From a virus (lineage: Duplodnaviria; Caudoviricetes), in the IMG/VR virus record IMGVR_UViG_3300032213_001974, positions 1 to 61,885 of that record: 61,885 nt of DNA; one strand, written 5' to 3'. Shown one piece after another: positions 8,012 to 18,071 of this stretch (the first letter of the stretch is position 1; each line of letters starts with the position of its first letter). The position numbers and the translations under genes are program-made. The notes under the pieces are model-generated. The model was not told the DNA's origin and made no database searches. It saw nothing but the letters and a program-made list of their open reading frames with translations.

Positions 8012-8578
8012 ATGAAACTAGACAACCTCCTTTCTCTCCACGAAGAGACCACCACCCGATGCCGCGAGATCATGCGGCAGAAAAACATGGACTACTCCGG
8101 AGGCGACGGCGACCCGTTCGCCAACTTCCGAATCGCGGAATCCTTTGGCTTGCATCCTGTTACCGGAATCATTCTCCGGATGACGGACAAGCTCCAGCGC
8201 GTGCGCGCCTTCATCAAGAACGGAGTCTGTGCCGTGGATGGCGAATCCGTGGACGACGCTTGCGATGACTTGGTCAACTATGCGATCCTCATGAAGGGGT
8301 TGCTTAGGGAAGAGCGCGCCAGCAAAGCAGTCCCCGGACACGAGACCCTCGAAGCTTCCTATGAAACGGTTACCGGGAACCCACCGGAAGAAAAGTGGTT
8401 CAATATTCCTAACGAAGTAGAACCCCAATACAGGCGTCTGAACTCTGGAGAAAGAATCAAAACGGGAGATCAGTTCAAGACGGACCTCAGACCAGAGTGG
8501 TCTGCCGTAAGCGCTTTCCTCGTGGGGAGTCCGTTTGATTACTGGGATGGTAAACTTGAAGTACGTCGCCCACTATGA
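8012..8578 (+). CDS. DUF1599/nucleotide-modification-associated domain protein
   Basis: KNMDYS..DPFANF...RMTDKLQR...ESVDDACDDLVNYAIL. Confidence 0.75.
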   Translation: MKLDNLLSLHEETTTRCREIMRQKNMDYSGGDGDPFANFRIAESFGLHPVTGIILRMTDKLQRVRAFIKNGVCAVDGESVDDACDDLVNYAILMKGLLREERASKAVPGHETLEASYETVTGNPPEEKWFNIPNEVEPQYRRLNSGERIKTGDQFKTDLRPEWSAVSAFLVGSPFDYWDGKLEVRRPL

Positions 8579-8856
8579 ACTCCTACCCAGTCAAAGGTCG
8601 CCACGGCCCATCCATGACCTTCCACGAACAGGAAGATGGGACCTATTATGTCGAGCTGGTCGGTGAGTGCCGCGAGTACTCCAGATGCGGTTTCGAGGAT
8701 ACCCCGGAAGGGCGCGTCTATCGGTTCATTGATCCTCCGGGTGGGCCGTTCGTTCATGTGGGCCACCATCTGGACGACTTCAACCGCGAAGCACCCAAGA
8801 AGAAAATCACGGCAATCATCAGCGAGAACGATCGCTGGATACTCGAAGTAGAATGA
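8575..8856 (+). CDS. hypothetical protein
   Basis: ATGA overlaps on both sides; FIDPPGGPF motif. Confidence 0.65.
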   Translation: MNSYPVKGRHGPSMTFHEQEDGTYYVELVGECREYSRCGFEDTPEGRVYRFIDPPGGPFVHVGHHLDDFNREAPKKKITAIISENDRWILEVE

Positions 8857-10205
8857 AGACCCTATTCCCGGCGCAGGAGAAAGCAGTCAAGCTGCTGGTA
8901 TCCTCAATCATCGAACGCGGAAGCGCGTTGAATTCTTCTTGTACTGGTTCAGGCAAGACGGTCATGGCGTGCGCCGTAGCCCGCAAGCTCCACTGCCCGG
9001 TTGCTGTGATCGCCCCCAAGGCGACCCTCACCAGCTGGAAGCGTGAACTGGCTGAGTGGGGCATTGATCCGGTGTTCGTGACGAACTACGAGAAGATCCG
9101 TAATGGGTCGGCGCATCTGAAGAAGCCCTCGAAGAAGATCATGAAGTGGGTGTTGCCGGAAGGCACACTGGTGATCTTCGACGAGTGCCAACGCGCCAAG
9201 TCGCCATGGACCCAGAGTAGTCAGCTTCTGATCTCCGCGAAGATGCAGGGCATACGCACGCTGCTGCTTTCTGCCACTGCGGCGGAAGACCCGACTGAGA
9301 TGCGAGCGATCGGCTATGCCTTGGACTTGCATGGCTTGAACCGCGGCACTGAACTGCTGCCCAGCTGGGACAAGTGGATGAAGTCTTTCGGCTGCTTCCA
9401 AGATCAGTGGAAGAACTGGAGGCCCGGACCAGCCAAGAAACTTGAGCCACTGCACGAGCGCCTCTACCGGGACCGTGCAGTGCGAATCACTGAGCGCGAC
9501 CTGCCGGAAGCCTTCCGCGAGAACTGGGTGCTTGAAGACCCGATCGAGTTCGGTGCGGTCTCGAAGATCAAGAAGTTCTACGACGACGCGGGCGTTACCA
9601 CGGAAGTCATCGACGAGTTGATGGACCACATGGACGCATTCGAGAAAGAAGACCGCGCCAAGGCAAGAGACAAAGATGCGAAGGTCACCATGATGCTCAC
9701 CCGCATGCTCCGTGCCCGCCAGCTCACTGAGGCCCTCAAGGTTCCCGACATTGTCGAGATGACCAAGGACATGATCGAGGAGCACAAGTCAGTGGTGATC
9801 TTCGTGAACTTCCGCGAAACTCTTGACGCTTTGGTCCCGGCTATTGAAGCCACTCTCAAGATGGAAGTGGGCTACGTCTGCGGTGGGCAGAACGCGGAAG
9901 AGCGGCAGGATTACGTGGACCGCTTCCGTGATGACAAGCTCCGCGTCATTGTCCTGAACTCTGAAGCCGGGGGCACTGGAATCGACGGATTGCAGGACAC
10001 TCACGGAGTGTACCCCCGAGTATCGCTGATCTCCCTCTCCTTTAACGCCAAGACTTTCAAACAAGTGTTGGGCCGAATCCACCGGGCAAACTCAAAAAGT
10101 GACGCTCTCCAGAAGATTTTGGTTGCCAGCGGCACGATTGAGGAATATGTCTTGAAAGCGATCCACAAGAAGCTCTCCAATCTGGAGGCTTTGCACGGCG
10201 CGTAG
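8853..10205 (+). CDS. superfamily 2 helicase
   Basis: TGSGKT, DECQ, SAT, GGTGID, QVLGRIHR. Confidence 0.9.
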   Translation: MKTLFPAQEKAVKLLVSSIIERGSALNSSCTGSGKTVMACAVARKLHCPVAVIAPKATLTSWKRELAEWGIDPVFVTNYEKIRNGSAHLKKPSKKIMKWVLPEGTLVIFDECQRAKSPWTQSSQLLISAKMQGIRTLLLSATAAEDPTEMRAIGYALDLHGLNRGTELLPSWDKWMKSFGCFQDQWKNWRPGPAKKLEPLHERLYRDRAVRITERDLPEAFRENWVLEDPIEFGAVSKIKKFYDDAGVTTEVIDELMDHMDAFEKEDRAKARDKDAKVTMMLTRMLRARQLTEALKVPDIVEMTKDMIEEHKSVVIFVNFRETLDALVPAIEATLKMEVGYVCGGQNAEERQDYVDRFRDDKLRVIVLNSEAGGTGIDGLQDTHGVYPRVSLISLSFNAKTFKQVLGRIHRANSKSDALQKILVASGTIEEYVLKAIHKKLSNLEALHGA

Positions 10206-10213
10206 AATCTACC

Positions 10214-10615
10214 ATGAACAACACAACCGAATGCCTATTCATCGGCGGACCCCGCGAGGGTGCCACACTCCAGATTCCGGATCTCGTGAACAGCGTCTTC
10301 GCCATCTCGGCGGAGGAAGCTGTCACAGAATCTGAGAGTCCCACACAGAGCGCTTCGCTCCAGAAGGACTATGGCTATCGCCGGATTGGTGAGACCAACG
10401 TCTTCGCCCACTCATCCCTCAATGACGAGCAGGTCGAAGCGATCATTGCCAACGAGACCGAACTGGATGACGAAGAAGAGTTTGACGACGAGTTTGAGGA
10501 AAAGCTTCTTGGCATCCGCGAACTGGTAACTGCTGCTCTCGCCCTGACGCAGCCTGACAGCGAGGCGACTCCGCTCCTCTTCGAAGCTATCGGAGAACTC
10601 AACGACATCCTCTAA
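10214..10615 (+). CDS. acidic hypothetical protein
   Basis: FIGGPREG N-terminus, Asp/Glu-rich tract. Confidence 0.65.
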   Translation: MNNTTECLFIGGPREGATLQIPDLVNSVFAISAEEAVTESESPTQSASLQKDYGYRRIGETNVFAHSSLNDEQVEAIIANETELDDEEEFDDEFEEKLLGIRELVTAALALTQPDSEATPLLFEAIGELNDIL

Positions 10616-10797
10616 CGCTGAGGCCACCCACGGCAAGAAAGGAGCACCGAAATGAAGAAAGAAGCTGACCGACGTTGGATACGCCGGATTGTTCTCTGGT
10701 TGTGCGAGCCTGACCGACCATCTCTCGCGTGGCACTTAGAAGTCCCGCGCTGGAAATCCTGCCTCATCGACTGGGGGCGGATTTTTACTTTTGGAAT

Positions 10798-11346
10798 ATG
10801 GAAACCGTGATTCCACCTGACATGTCCTGCTGGTTTATTTCGGACGCCCACTTTGGGCATGAGAACATCGCAAACTTTGCCGATCGCCCGATTGTTTCGG
10901 AGGCCGACAACGTGCGGTGGATCACTGAATGCTGGACCAGCGTCGTTAGCAAGAAAACCTCCGGGGACAGATCAGACATTGTCTTCTGCCTCGGCGACAT
11001 GGCCTTCAATGAGCGCAGCCTCGGCATTGTCCACGCAATGCCGGGGCGGAAGGTCCTGATCAAGGGCAACCACGATGTCCACAGCCCACAAGAACTGGAA
11101 GTCTACAAGCAGATCCACGGACTCCTGAAGTACAAGGGCATGTGGCTCAGTCACCCGCCCATCCACGATCAGGAACTCCGGGGCAAGCCCAACATTCACG
11201 GGCACGTCCACAGCGCCACGCTTGGTGACCCGCGTTATTTCAACATCTGCCCTGAAAACATCTACCCCAAGTTCGGCAGGCCGATGATCAACCTTGACGA
11301 ACTCCGGGCTTGGGTATCTCAATACTACTCACCATTACACGCATGA
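10798..11346 (+). CDS. calcineurin-like metallophosphoesterase
   Basis: SDAHFGH, LGD, GNHD, SHPP, HGHVH. Confidence 0.9.
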   Translation: METVIPPDMSCWFISDAHFGHENIANFADRPIVSEADNVRWITECWTSVVSKKTSGDRSDIVFCLGDMAFNERSLGIVHAMPGRKVLIKGNHDVHSPQELEVYKQIHGLLKYKGMWLSHPPIHDQELRGKPNIHGHVHSATLGDPRYFNICPENIYPKFGRPMINLDELRAWVSQYYSPLHA

Positions 11347-12473
11347 ACCAAGTAGACCACGCCTCACGAGGGCACCACGATTTCGGACCCTCCTCCCTGA
11401 AGTACGTCTCGGCGTGCCGGGGATGGAAGTCCCGTAACGTCTCCAACCCCGCCGCTGAGAAGGGAACCCGGATTCACGAAGCAGTAGAGATGCGTGACGC
11501 ATCAGGACTCCACGATGAAGACGAAGTCGCGATCTATGACAAGCTGATCGAAGGCGAGGAGCGCTGGATCCAGAACATCTTCGGCGACACTCCTGTGGAG
11601 ATCCACAAGGAAGTCGCGTTGGACATGGAACTCCCCTACGAGTCCAGCAACTACGGCACCTCCGATCTGGTGGTCATTGGCGGAAACACCTGCCTCAACC
11701 TAGACCACAAAACCGGGATCGGCGAGATCGACCCGGTCGAGGAAAACTGGCAGGCGTTCAATTACGCCATTGGAGTCTTTCAGCGTTGGCCGGAAGTGGA
11801 AACCATCCACAGCGTGTTCCTGATTCCGCAGCGAGGCGAGGAGCTTCATGGAACCTTCACCCGTTCCCAGCTTGAAGAGCTGGAGGACAAGGTGGCGACC
11901 GTGATTCTGGAAGGCAAGATCACCCGCCTCCGCTGGGAGAAGGGCCAGCCTCCGCTGGAGGAACTCAACCCGAACAACGGATGCACTTACTGCATGTTCG
12001 CTGATCGGTGCCCAGCCCTCGGCCACATCGCCTTGGAGATCGCCACCAAGTATGAACCGGAATGGCTTCCCGAAGGACCGATCAGGTCTTCCGAAGTCGA
12101 AGATCCGGAGATGCTGGGCAAGCTCTACACCATCGCCTCCATCGTGGAGAAGTGGGCGGAAGGCATCAAGCGCAAGGGAGTCCTGTCTGCTCTCGACGGA
12201 TTAGTGCCTACGGGATTCAAGATTCGGTCAATGGGATGCACCCGCAAGGTGACGAACCCTGCTGATTTCTTGGATGTCGCCGAGAAGCTCGGGCTGGCTC
12301 GCGAACAAATTTTGGCCTTGGCTGATTTTCCTGTTGCCAAAGTCCGGGATCTGTATTCTTCTACCGCCAAGCGAGGACAGAAGACCGCCTACGCTGAACA
12401 GTTCGAGGAGGCGATGGTCGCTTCCGGAGCTGTCGAGATTGGGTCTGAACGAGTAACCCTCACCAAAGAGTAA
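11343..12473 (+). CDS. Cas4/DUF2800-like PD-(D/E)xK exonuclease
   Basis: PSS..C, GTRIH, GTSD, DHKTG, WQ..Y, CxxC..RC. Confidence 0.82.
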   Translation: MNQVDHASRGHHDFGPSSLKYVSACRGWKSRNVSNPAAEKGTRIHEAVEMRDASGLHDEDEVAIYDKLIEGEERWIQNIFGDTPVEIHKEVALDMELPYESSNYGTSDLVVIGGNTCLNLDHKTGIGEIDPVEENWQAFNYAIGVFQRWPEVETIHSVFLIPQRGEELHGTFTRSQLEELEDKVATVILEGKITRLRWEKGQPPLEELNPNNGCTYCMFADRCPALGHIALEIATKYEPEWLPEGPIRSSEVEDPEMLGKLYTIASIVEKWAEGIKRKGVLSALDGLVPTGFKIRSMGCTRKVTNPADFLDVAEKLGLAREQILALADFPVAKVRDLYSSTAKRGQKTAYAEQFEEAMVASGAVEIGSERVTLTKE

Positions 12474-12475
12474 TC

Positions 12476-12784
12476 ATGGACATCGAACAACTAAAACTGG
12501 TCCTCCAATCCGTGGATGGAGTCACTGAAGGCGCGAAGCAGATTGGTATTGGGTGGCTCGCGCTGGATTTCTTGAAAGACCTGCTAGGCTACGGCTTGGG
12601 GTTCTACGGGATTAGCAAAGCCACCAAGCTTATTTACACCATCGTAGAAGGCATGATCGCTACGTCCCGCTTGGGAGAAATCCGAGACATAGTAGTGCCG
12701 GGTCAAAGAGGCACAAGTGTGTCCCGAGGCGAACTCAACAGAATCTTTGAAGCCTGCCGCGCGGGCGTTACGCGAGGCGAGTAA
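12476..12784 (+). CDS. hypothetical membrane-associated protein
   Basis: operon position, hydrophobic centre. Confidence 0.55.
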   Translation: MDIEQLKLVLQSVDGVTEGAKQIGIGWLALDFLKDLLGYGLGFYGISKATKLIYTIVEGMIATSRLGEIRDIVVPGQRGTSVSRGELNRIFEACRAGVTRGE

Positions 12785-12867
12785 CTTTCCCTGACAGGGC
12801 CTCCTCGGAGCAGGTCCTACCCAAGCCACCCGGCAAAGCTCCCTCTCACAAACCGTTACACAACAAT

Positions 12868-13548
12868 ATGGCTACCAAATCATTCGTATCAACCACCGAA
12901 GCCCCTGAAGAAACCACTGCGCTCGCAGCAGCTCCGGCCCCCGCCGCAGCCTACGCGGCCAGTGACATCGAGTTGCCGCGCCTCCAGTTCGTTCAGAAGA
13001 TGACCGACCTCGACTTCGAAGCCCCAGTGGGTTCCGTAGTCCTGAATCGGGAAAGCGTTCTCTACCGTCCCGGAGTCAAGGTTCCGGCGATCGTGGTTGC
13101 CGCACAGAAGTTCTGGAAGCAGGACATCCCGTTCGACAGCGACCAGCAACCTGTGTTCCTCGGTTCGCAGGAAGCAGCGGATCAGTTCCTCCGTGAGGAG
13201 AGCAATGAGTTCAGCTTCATCACCTGCGCTTACATCTCGCTCCTCATTCAGAAGACTACTGATGCCGTGGATCCTGATGCGTTTCCGTTTGACCTCGACG
13301 GTGAACAGTGGGCTATCGGAAAGTTCTTCGCCCAGAAGAAGTCGTACGATACCACGTTCAAGCGTCTCGCTACCTTCGAGGCGTTCAACCCCGGCAAGCA
13401 GATCGCCGACGTGGTGTGGAACCTGTCAAGTGACCTCGTCACCAAGGGTTCGTATAAGTGGTACGTTCCGGGGCTGTCGCCCACCAAGGGAATCGTCGGA
13501 CCCGAAACCGCGGCCTTCGTTGGCCGTCTCTCGGGAGGTGCCCAGTAA
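12868..13548 (+). CDS. putative ssDNA-binding/annealing protein
   Basis: DIELPRLQFVQ N-terminus, aromatic beta-rich C-terminus; lies between exonuclease and PolA. Confidence 0.5.
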   Translation: MATKSFVSTTEAPEETTALAAAPAPAAAYAASDIELPRLQFVQKMTDLDFEAPVGSVVLNRESVLYRPGVKVPAIVVAAQKFWKQDIPFDSDQQPVFLGSQEAADQFLREESNEFSFITCAYISLLIQKTTDAVDPDAFPFDLDGEQWAIGKFFAQKKSYDTTFKRLATFEAFNPGKQIADVVWNLSSDLVTKGSYKWYVPGLSPTKGIVGPETAAFVGRLSGGAQ

Positions 13549-13853
13549 TGAGTACCTTTGTTCCACCATCCCCGAAGGAGCTGCTGTCGGCCTACATCGT
13601 GGAGATCGACCAGCACATCAATGAGATGGACGACAGTATCGTTCAGATCAACCATGCGCTGGCTGCTACGCAGGCACGACTTCACGCGCTGCTGTGCGCC
13701 AAGAGCGTACTGGAGGACAAACTGGTTGACTGGGATAATCTTCCCGAGACCAGCGACACTCCTAGCCTACAAGAGGAGCAGCTCGAATTCCCGTTTCCCC
13801 AAACGGACGAGCTACCCGACAATATCGTACCGTTCACTCACGGGGTAAACTGA
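13548..13853 (+). CDS. acidic coiled-coil protein with QLEFPF motif
   Basis: TAATG overlap with previous gene. Confidence 0.65.
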   Translation: MSTFVPPSPKELLSAYIVEIDQHINEMDDSIVQINHALAATQARLHALLCAKSVLEDKLVDWDNLPETSDTPSLQEEQLEFPFPQTDELPDNIVPFTHGVN

Positions 13854-13862
13854 GTCACCAAA

Positions 13863-13897
13863 GGCGGGTGGGTAGCAGGTCGCTATCCACCCGTTTT
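13863..13897 (+). terminator. hairpin/likely intrinsic terminator before polA
   Basis: GGCGGGTGGGTAGC-AGGTC-GCTATCCACCCGTT-TT. Confidence 0.6.
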
Positions 13898-13920
13898 ACT
13901 TCCTACAGACCACTCAAATC

Positions 13921-15666
13921 ATGATCAACTACGCAGTAGACTTTGAAACTTTCTACTCGGACGAATGCTCTGTCCGAATCCTCGGAAACCGAGGTTACTT
14001 TTCTCACCCCGAGTTTGACGCCTACATGGTGTCCGTTGTCGGCAGCGATGGCTACGAATACTGTGGTCACCCGAAGCTGTTTGACTGGAGCCTGCTTGCA
14101 GGCAACCGGGTTCTCTCACACAACGCCTCCTTCGACGAGAGTCTCTACCTGTTCGGCGTGGAGCAAGGCTGGTATCCCGCTGTAGACTTCGCCGAGTGGC
14201 ACTGCACTGCGGACTTGTGCGCCTACTTCAACATCCCCCGCTCGCTGAAAGGCGCAGTTAAGTGGATCTGGAAAGAGGAAATGCCGAAGACCACCCGCGA
14301 TAACATGAAGAATCGACGCTGGGAACTCATGTCGCCCGAGTTCAAAGCAGAGGTCACCGAATACGCCCTCAAGGATTCGCGTTACTGTCTCCGTGTGTGG
14401 GATGAACTCGAAGGCAGCTGGCCAGAGCAGGAGCGCTGGGTATCCAAGCACACCCGCGACATGATGCGCCGCGGCCTTCCGATGGACCTCGACCTCCTCC
14501 GCCAGAACCTGATCAACGCGAAGCGTGTTCTATTCGACGCCGAGAACATGATCCCATGGGCTGGGGAAAAGCCCCTCCTGTCGCCCAAGGCGTTCGCAGA
14601 AGAGTGCAAGAAGTACGGCATTGATCCCCCGGCGAGCCTCGCCATCGACAGTGAAGAAGCGGATAGCTGGATCGAGACCTATGGAGAGATTCTTCCATGG
14701 GCGACGGCAGTGCGCAGTTGGCGCAGCGTCAACTCTCTCGTGAAGAAGCTTGAGAGTTTCGACAATGGCACGCTCGACGGACGCTACTACGGCGGCATGA
14801 TGTACTGCGGGGCACACACGAAGCGATTCAGTGGGTCTGGAGGTAACGGGAACATGCAGAATCTACCAAAAAAGGTCATGCACGGTGCGAACATCCGGAA
14901 CATGATCAAGGCGAATCCGGGGCACAAGCTGGTGGTAGTTGATCTTTCGCAGATCGAGGTTCGCACAGTCCTGTGGCTGGCGCAGGACTACAAGGCGATG
15001 GTGATGCTTCGAAAGATTCCGGACATTTACACGGCATTCGCCATCATGTTCGGCCAGTGGTCTGAAGAGCAAGGCGACCTCAAGAAGGTGAATCCGGCAC
15101 TGCGTGATCGGTTCAAGACTGTTGGTCTCGGAGTTCAGTTCGGGGCGTCCGCTGGCAAAGTGGCGTCAATCACCGGGCAACCAGAGTCAGAAGCAGCAGC
15201 GTTTATTAACGCCTATCTGAAGGCTCTGCCGTCTGTGCCGCGCCTGTGGAAGTCCCTGAAGTCATCTCTTGCCGCAGCCCGGAAGGACGGGGTCCTCGAA
15301 TTCCTGCTCCCATCGGGCAACCGCCTGATTTACCGCGACGTGAAAGCGTGCGGAGCGCGTAGCACTACGGCGACGATCGTCAAGAACGGCAGTCCGATGA
15401 CTGTCCGGCTGTGGCACGGCTCACTGATCGAGAATCTGGCGCAGTCTCTGGCCCGAGACATCTTCGTGGACGCCGTTCGCCGGGTGGAGGCGCGGGGTTA
15501 CAAGCTGATCCTACACGTCCACGACGAACTTGTGGTAGAGATTCCTGAAGAGGAGTCTCAGAAATGTCTGGACGATTGCCTAGAAATCCTGTCTACTCCC
15601 CCCAGTTGGATTCCTGATATCCCTCTCTCCGCCGAAGGAAAAATCCTAGACCGCTACGAAAAGTAA
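13921..15666 (+). CDS. polA: family A DNA polymerase with 3'-5' exonuclease
   Basis: DFET, HNASFD, YALKD; motif A DLSQIEVR, motif B R..FKTVGLGVQFG, motif C VHDE. Confidence 0.95.
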   Translation: MINYAVDFETFYSDECSVRILGNRGYFSHPEFDAYMVSVVGSDGYEYCGHPKLFDWSLLAGNRVLSHNASFDESLYLFGVEQGWYPAVDFAEWHCTADLCAYFNIPRSLKGAVKWIWKEEMPKTTRDNMKNRRWELMSPEFKAEVTEYALKDSRYCLRVWDELEGSWPEQERWVSKHTRDMMRRGLPMDLDLLRQNLINAKRVLFDAENMIPWAGEKPLLSPKAFAEECKKYGIDPPASLAIDSEEADSWIETYGEILPWATAVRSWRSVNSLVKKLESFDNGTLDGRYYGGMMYCGAHTKRFSGSGGNGNMQNLPKKVMHGANIRNMIKANPGHKLVVVDLSQIEVRTVLWLAQDYKAMVMLRKIPDIYTAFAIMFGQWSEEQGDLKKVNPALRDRFKTVGLGVQFGASAGKVASITGQPESEAAAFINAYLKALPSVPRLWKSLKSSLAAARKDGVLEFLLPSGNRLIYRDVKACGARSTTATIVKNGSPMTVRLWHGSLIENLAQSLARDIFVDAVRRVEARGYKLILHVHDELVVEIPEEESQKCLDDCLEILSTPPSWIPDIPLSAEGKILDRYEK

Positions 15667-15667
15667 A

Positions 15668-17803
15668 ATGTTCCGCTGCATCAAGAACCATCGAAGCGAT
15701 CGGGCAGACCTGATTCCCGATCCCTTCAATTTCAAGGGCGATTGCCCTGCCTTAAACAAGGAAGACCTGCGCAAGTGGCAGGGTAACGAAGACACGAATC
15801 ACCTTTTCTACTCGCTCTGCGAGGGGGTGAACCCGAACATCCGAATCAAGATCGACAACCCGGTAGCCCGGATCGCTGGATTCATCGCGGACTACGACGT
15901 TCCTGCACCAGACGACTTCGAGCTGCGCTTGAACGAAAACAAGCGGGTGGTCCTCATGCCGACCTACGCCCACCGCACGCGCAGCGGCAACTTCCGCCTG
16001 ATCTGGCTATTCCCCGAGCCGCTGGTCATTGCGGAGGATTACGTGAAGCCATTCATTGCGGAGTTCGCCAAGGACATCAATGCCCCGGCGATGTCTGCGG
16101 GCTTCGACAAGTGCTCGTTGAACCCGGCGCAGTACTACGAAGTAGGCTACGACTGGAAGCACACCGGGGACACCGTCCCACCGGAGTTCATTACCCGCGC
16201 CCTGTTCAATACCACGGCTCGGAAGACCATCGGCACCGACATCAACGTGCCGATCGAGTCTGTGGAGGAAGAATGCCTCCGCCGCTGGGCGAATCGCCTG
16301 CCAGTCGGCCTGAAGATCGGCCAGCGCGTCCCACTATTCTGGATTGACGACGGCGTGGAGCGCGAAGGAGGTATGGTAGGCGAACACGGCATCATCTGCT
16401 TCAGCGACCGGGCCGGGAAAGGCTTCGTGAGTTGGGCTGAGATTCTCGGAAGCGCCTTCGTCTCCTCTTTCGAGCAGAAGAAAGTGACCACGGCAGTCTC
16501 GGACGTATGGTACGACGGCAAACGCTACTACCGCTTCACTTCAAACGGTCTGTTTGATTTCCCCAAGGAGGACTTGACCATGGAACTGCGGTCCATCGGC
16601 CTCGCTGCCGAGAAAAAGAAGGGTCAGAGGGTCTCAGAAGTAGAACAAGCCTTACTCTACATTCAAGCGCACAACCGAATCCACGGCTGCGCTCCGATCC
16701 TGCACGAGAAAGACCGGATCGTGAAAGTCAACGGCTCCGTAGTACTCAACAGCAACCGCAACAAGTGCGTTGTTCCGGCTGAAGCCGCCACTGAGAAAGA
16801 CTTCCCGTTCCTTTCCAGCTTCTTCCAGCACTTCTTGGACGATCCAGACAGCTCTAACCCAACGGACTATTTGTTCGCGTGGATGAAGCGGGCGTATGAG
16901 TCGCTTCACCACGGGCACTTGTTCCAAGGACAGGCGGTGATCCTCGTTGGACCTACTGGCATGGGTAAGACCCTGTTCAGCAACAGGATTCTGGCGGGTC
17001 TACTGGGCGGCGCTGCTACGGCGAGTGACTACCTGCAAGCTCGGACGCAGTTCAACAAGGAACTCGCTGAGAATCCGGTGTGGTCAATCGACGATACGGC
17101 ATCTGCCACCAATGCTGCGGATCACCGCAAGTTCACCGAGCTTCTCAAGGCGCGAATCGCCAACCCGATGATCGACGTGATGGCGAAGTACCAAGACAGC
17201 GTTCGTATTCCTTGGGCTGGGCGAATCATCATCTCGCTCAACGAAGACGTGCAGTCCCTCGCCGTAGTTCCGTCACTCGACGTGAGCAACGCGGATAAGT
17301 TGCTCGGATTCCGGGTGAGCACGCTGCACAAGCCGAAGTTCCCACCCAACCACGAGCTTGAGAAGATCATCTCAGCCGAGTTGCCCTACTTCGCCCGCTT
17401 CCTGCTGGACTGGGACGTTCCTGAGCGTGTCGTGGGCAATGCCCGCTTCGGCGTGGATCACTACATGCACCCGTTCATCATGAACGCGGCTCGTGATAAC
17501 GGAAGCCGGGCTCCCGCCATCGAAGCGATCGAAATGTTCGCCCGCGTCCACCGCGAGGCGACTGGACATTCCGAATGGAGGGGCACTGCCACCATGCTGC
17601 GCTCGTTGTTCAACGACTACGCGGATCTCAGCGGACTCAGCTTCAGCCGCGACCAGTACGCACTGGCTCGTGGGCTGGCCTCCGCCGAGGAAGCCTACAA
17701 CACTGGCATGCCGAATGCCCGCCCTGTGACTTCCGAGTCACGCGGCAAGGGCAAGCGGTACACGATCGACCTCGACAAGAAATACGACGACGAAGAAGAC
17801 TGA
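15668..17803 (+). CDS. primase-helicase (primase-like N-terminus, P-loop ATPase C-terminus)
   Basis: ADYD and T.SGN.RLIW primase-like motifs; Walker A GPTGMGKT, QFN, Walker B WSIDD. Confidence 0.82.
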   Translation: MFRCIKNHRSDRADLIPDPFNFKGDCPALNKEDLRKWQGNEDTNHLFYSLCEGVNPNIRIKIDNPVARIAGFIADYDVPAPDDFELRLNENKRVVLMPTYAHRTRSGNFRLIWLFPEPLVIAEDYVKPFIAEFAKDINAPAMSAGFDKCSLNPAQYYEVGYDWKHTGDTVPPEFITRALFNTTARKTIGTDINVPIESVEEECLRRWANRLPVGLKIGQRVPLFWIDDGVEREGGMVGEHGIICFSDRAGKGFVSWAEILGSAFVSSFEQKKVTTAVSDVWYDGKRYYRFTSNGLFDFPKEDLTMELRSIGLAAEKKKGQRVSEVEQALLYIQAHNRIHGCAPILHEKDRIVKVNGSVVLNSNRNKCVVPAEAATEKDFPFLSSFFQHFLDDPDSSNPTDYLFAWMKRAYESLHHGHLFQGQAVILVGPTGMGKTLFSNRILAGLLGGAATASDYLQARTQFNKELAENPVWSIDDTASATNAADHRKFTELLKARIANPMIDVMAKYQDSVRIPWAGRIIISLNEDVQSLAVVPSLDVSNADKLLGFRVSTLHKPKFPPNHELEKIISAELPYFARFLLDWDVPERVVGNARFGVDHYMHPFIMNAARDNGSRAPAIEAIEMFARVHREATGHSEWRGTATMLRSLFNDYADLSGLSFSRDQYALARGLASAEEAYNTGMPNARPVTSESRGKGKRYTIDLDKKYDDEED

Positions 17804-17804
17804 C

Positions 17805-18071
17805 ATGCTAGCCCAACCCCGCATCTCACAGGCTGCCTTTTCGGGAACCCCGAAGAGGCGGCTGTACTTCATCTCCTACGAAGCCTCCTTCGTGGAAATC
17901 TCAATTACAGAGAAAGGCGAAGTGCAGATGGACGCCAACTTGCTACAAGACCCTCCACCGGGCGTCTTGGGTGAGTGGATCGAGCAGGTCGCAAAGGACG
18001 CAGCAGAGTCCTATGGAGGCGATGCCAACCAACTGAGCGACACAATCGTCAAAGCCCTCGCTGACACATGA
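17805..18071 (+). CDS. hypothetical protein
   Basis: tight operon spacing. Confidence 0.55.
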   Translation: MLAQPRISQAAFSGTPKRRLYFISYEASFVEISITEKGEVQMDANLLQDPPPGVLGEWIEQVAKDAAESYGGDANQLSDTIVKALADT

